Shown: piece by piece, positions 59,312-64,000 of the stretch
Layout of the letters: each line of letters begins with the position of its first letter
Position numbering within the stretch: position 1 is the stretch's first letter
Assembly (NCBI GenBank): GCA_963920595.1
Contig: OY986950.1
Span: forward strand, 1,364,001-1,428,000
Reading direction: 5' to 3'
Source of the DNA: Eimeria praecox
Lineage: Eukaryota
DNA length: 64,000 nucleotides
Translations under genes and position numbers: made by a program
The notes under the pieces: model-generated
What the model was told of the DNA's origin: nothing
Seen by the model: only the letters and a program-made list of their open reading frames with translations
The model's database searches: none

Positions 59312-60568
59312 TATATACGCGAAAGAAGCGCGATTAGTACCTTCTTCAAGTAGTCATAGTAGATAATAGCGCAGTTGTTGAAGGACGAAGAAGTTGCATG
59401 CATTAAGTACAACAAAGAAAAATAGAGAAAGCGTAAAGAATAGTAGAAACAGAAACAGAATAGTAGAAACAGAAACAGAATAGTAGAAACAGACGACACA
59501 TATTACTCTGAAATGCTATAATGCTCTCACAAAGTTAAGCTTTCCACATCAACAAAAAGAAAAAACTGTTGAAAGAATAACAGAAGATGAATAAGCACAT
59601 CGAATGCAGAGCTGCCTATACACCTGAAAATAAATATATATCTAAGACCATTCAAAACGAGAGAGCGATAGAAAAATATCTGTAAACATTTACTTTTCGA
59701 CGTTTCTCCTTCAATTAATTCATTTATATTACGTATTTCTTTTCTTTTTCGACGTTAAACAAACCCGTGAAGATGAGAAGAGATGCTTCTGTTGTTTCTG
59801 AATACAACAGCACATCTTCACGCAGTTGCAACAGCCTTCTTCACGGTGAGCAGAAAGAGAAGAATCTGTTAGTTATTGTTGCTTTCGAGTTTTTATTGAA
59901 GTCTAAATACGCATTTATTATATTTTTCTTTCATCTTAGAGACAAGAAAAACAGAAAAACCGCAGCTTTCTTCTATTTCGACATCTCCTTCTTGCTCCTC
60001 CTCAACCTCCTCAGAATATTCTTATCTATCAACCTCAACCCGTTCAGCTTGTAGCGTATCTCAGCAACAAGAACCTGAAAGTCTGATGTCGTATTCTTCT
60101 GCTTCATCATTCGATGCATGCAGAGGAGGAATTCTCTCACCTTCTCTGTTGTTGTCTTCATCTTCTCTCTCTTCTGTTTCTAAAGATATAAATAAAAAGA
60201 GAAAACAACACGACATCATCAGCTCCTCTAGCAGCTCTCTCTACGCTGACGGGGCTGGCAGCAATCTTGCAGCAAAGAAGCCAGGAAGCACAAGAGGTAA
60301 GAGTATAAAATTTGTAGAGAGGAAAGAAGAAAAGAAGAAAAGAAGAAAACATAAATTGTGTAGGAGTTGTGTGTCTTTACTTTGATAGATACACTCGGAT
60401 ATGGGGAATAGGAAGAGTATGTTGAAAGTTAACAGAGTCTTCTTCTCTTTTCTTTTTCTCCTCTACACTCACACAAAGATGCATACATTAATTAATTAAT
60501 TAATTATGTTAACACATAATAAATAAATTAATTAATTAACGTATATTATGGTTTAATTATAATTATAT

Positions 60569-60615
<47 letters not shown>

Positions 60616-60620
60616 TGTAT

Positions 60621-60651
<31 letters not shown>

Positions 60652-60669
60652 TCTATTATACTGTATCAG

Positions 60670-64000
<3,331 letters not shown>

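Noticed and set aside
59767..60385. ORFs 59767-60054 and 60086-60385 as a definite first exon of the MutS-like gene
   Set aside because: The donor at 60296 is in the wrong phase for the 60086 frame relative to the downstream chain, so the 5' structure is left unresolved.

Overview
Eukaryotic, intron-rich nuclear DNA with the hallmarks of an Eimeria-type coccidian (Apicomplexa): abundant (CAG/CTG)n, interstitial telomere-like (TTTAGGG)n, (AGCT)n and TGCATGCA. The organism is inferred from these repeats. Most ORFs in the supplied track are repeat artefacts, so genes were assembled by hand from GT/GC-AG exons with phase checking. In order: CDGSH Fe-S protein (+), EH-domain/Eps15-like protein (+), LSM2 (+), tRNA-Asp/tRNA-Gln/tRNA-Asp (-), Notchless NLE1 (-), ADAT3/Tad3 (+), DEAD-box helicase DDX51/Dbp6 (-), SUMO E1 subunit SAE1/Aos1 (+, spanning a 200-N gap), a 17-exon Hsp100/Clp ATPase with a signal peptide and short middle domain (+), and the 5' part of a divergent MutS-family (MSH4-like) gene running off the window (+). 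Most notable: the signal-peptide Hsp100; a dispersed palindrome GGTGT-N4-ACACC; tandem duplications of exon-intron junctions in four genes; introns bracketed by complementary telomeric arrays; and two likely GC-AG introns. Exon boundaries are manual and lack transcript support.
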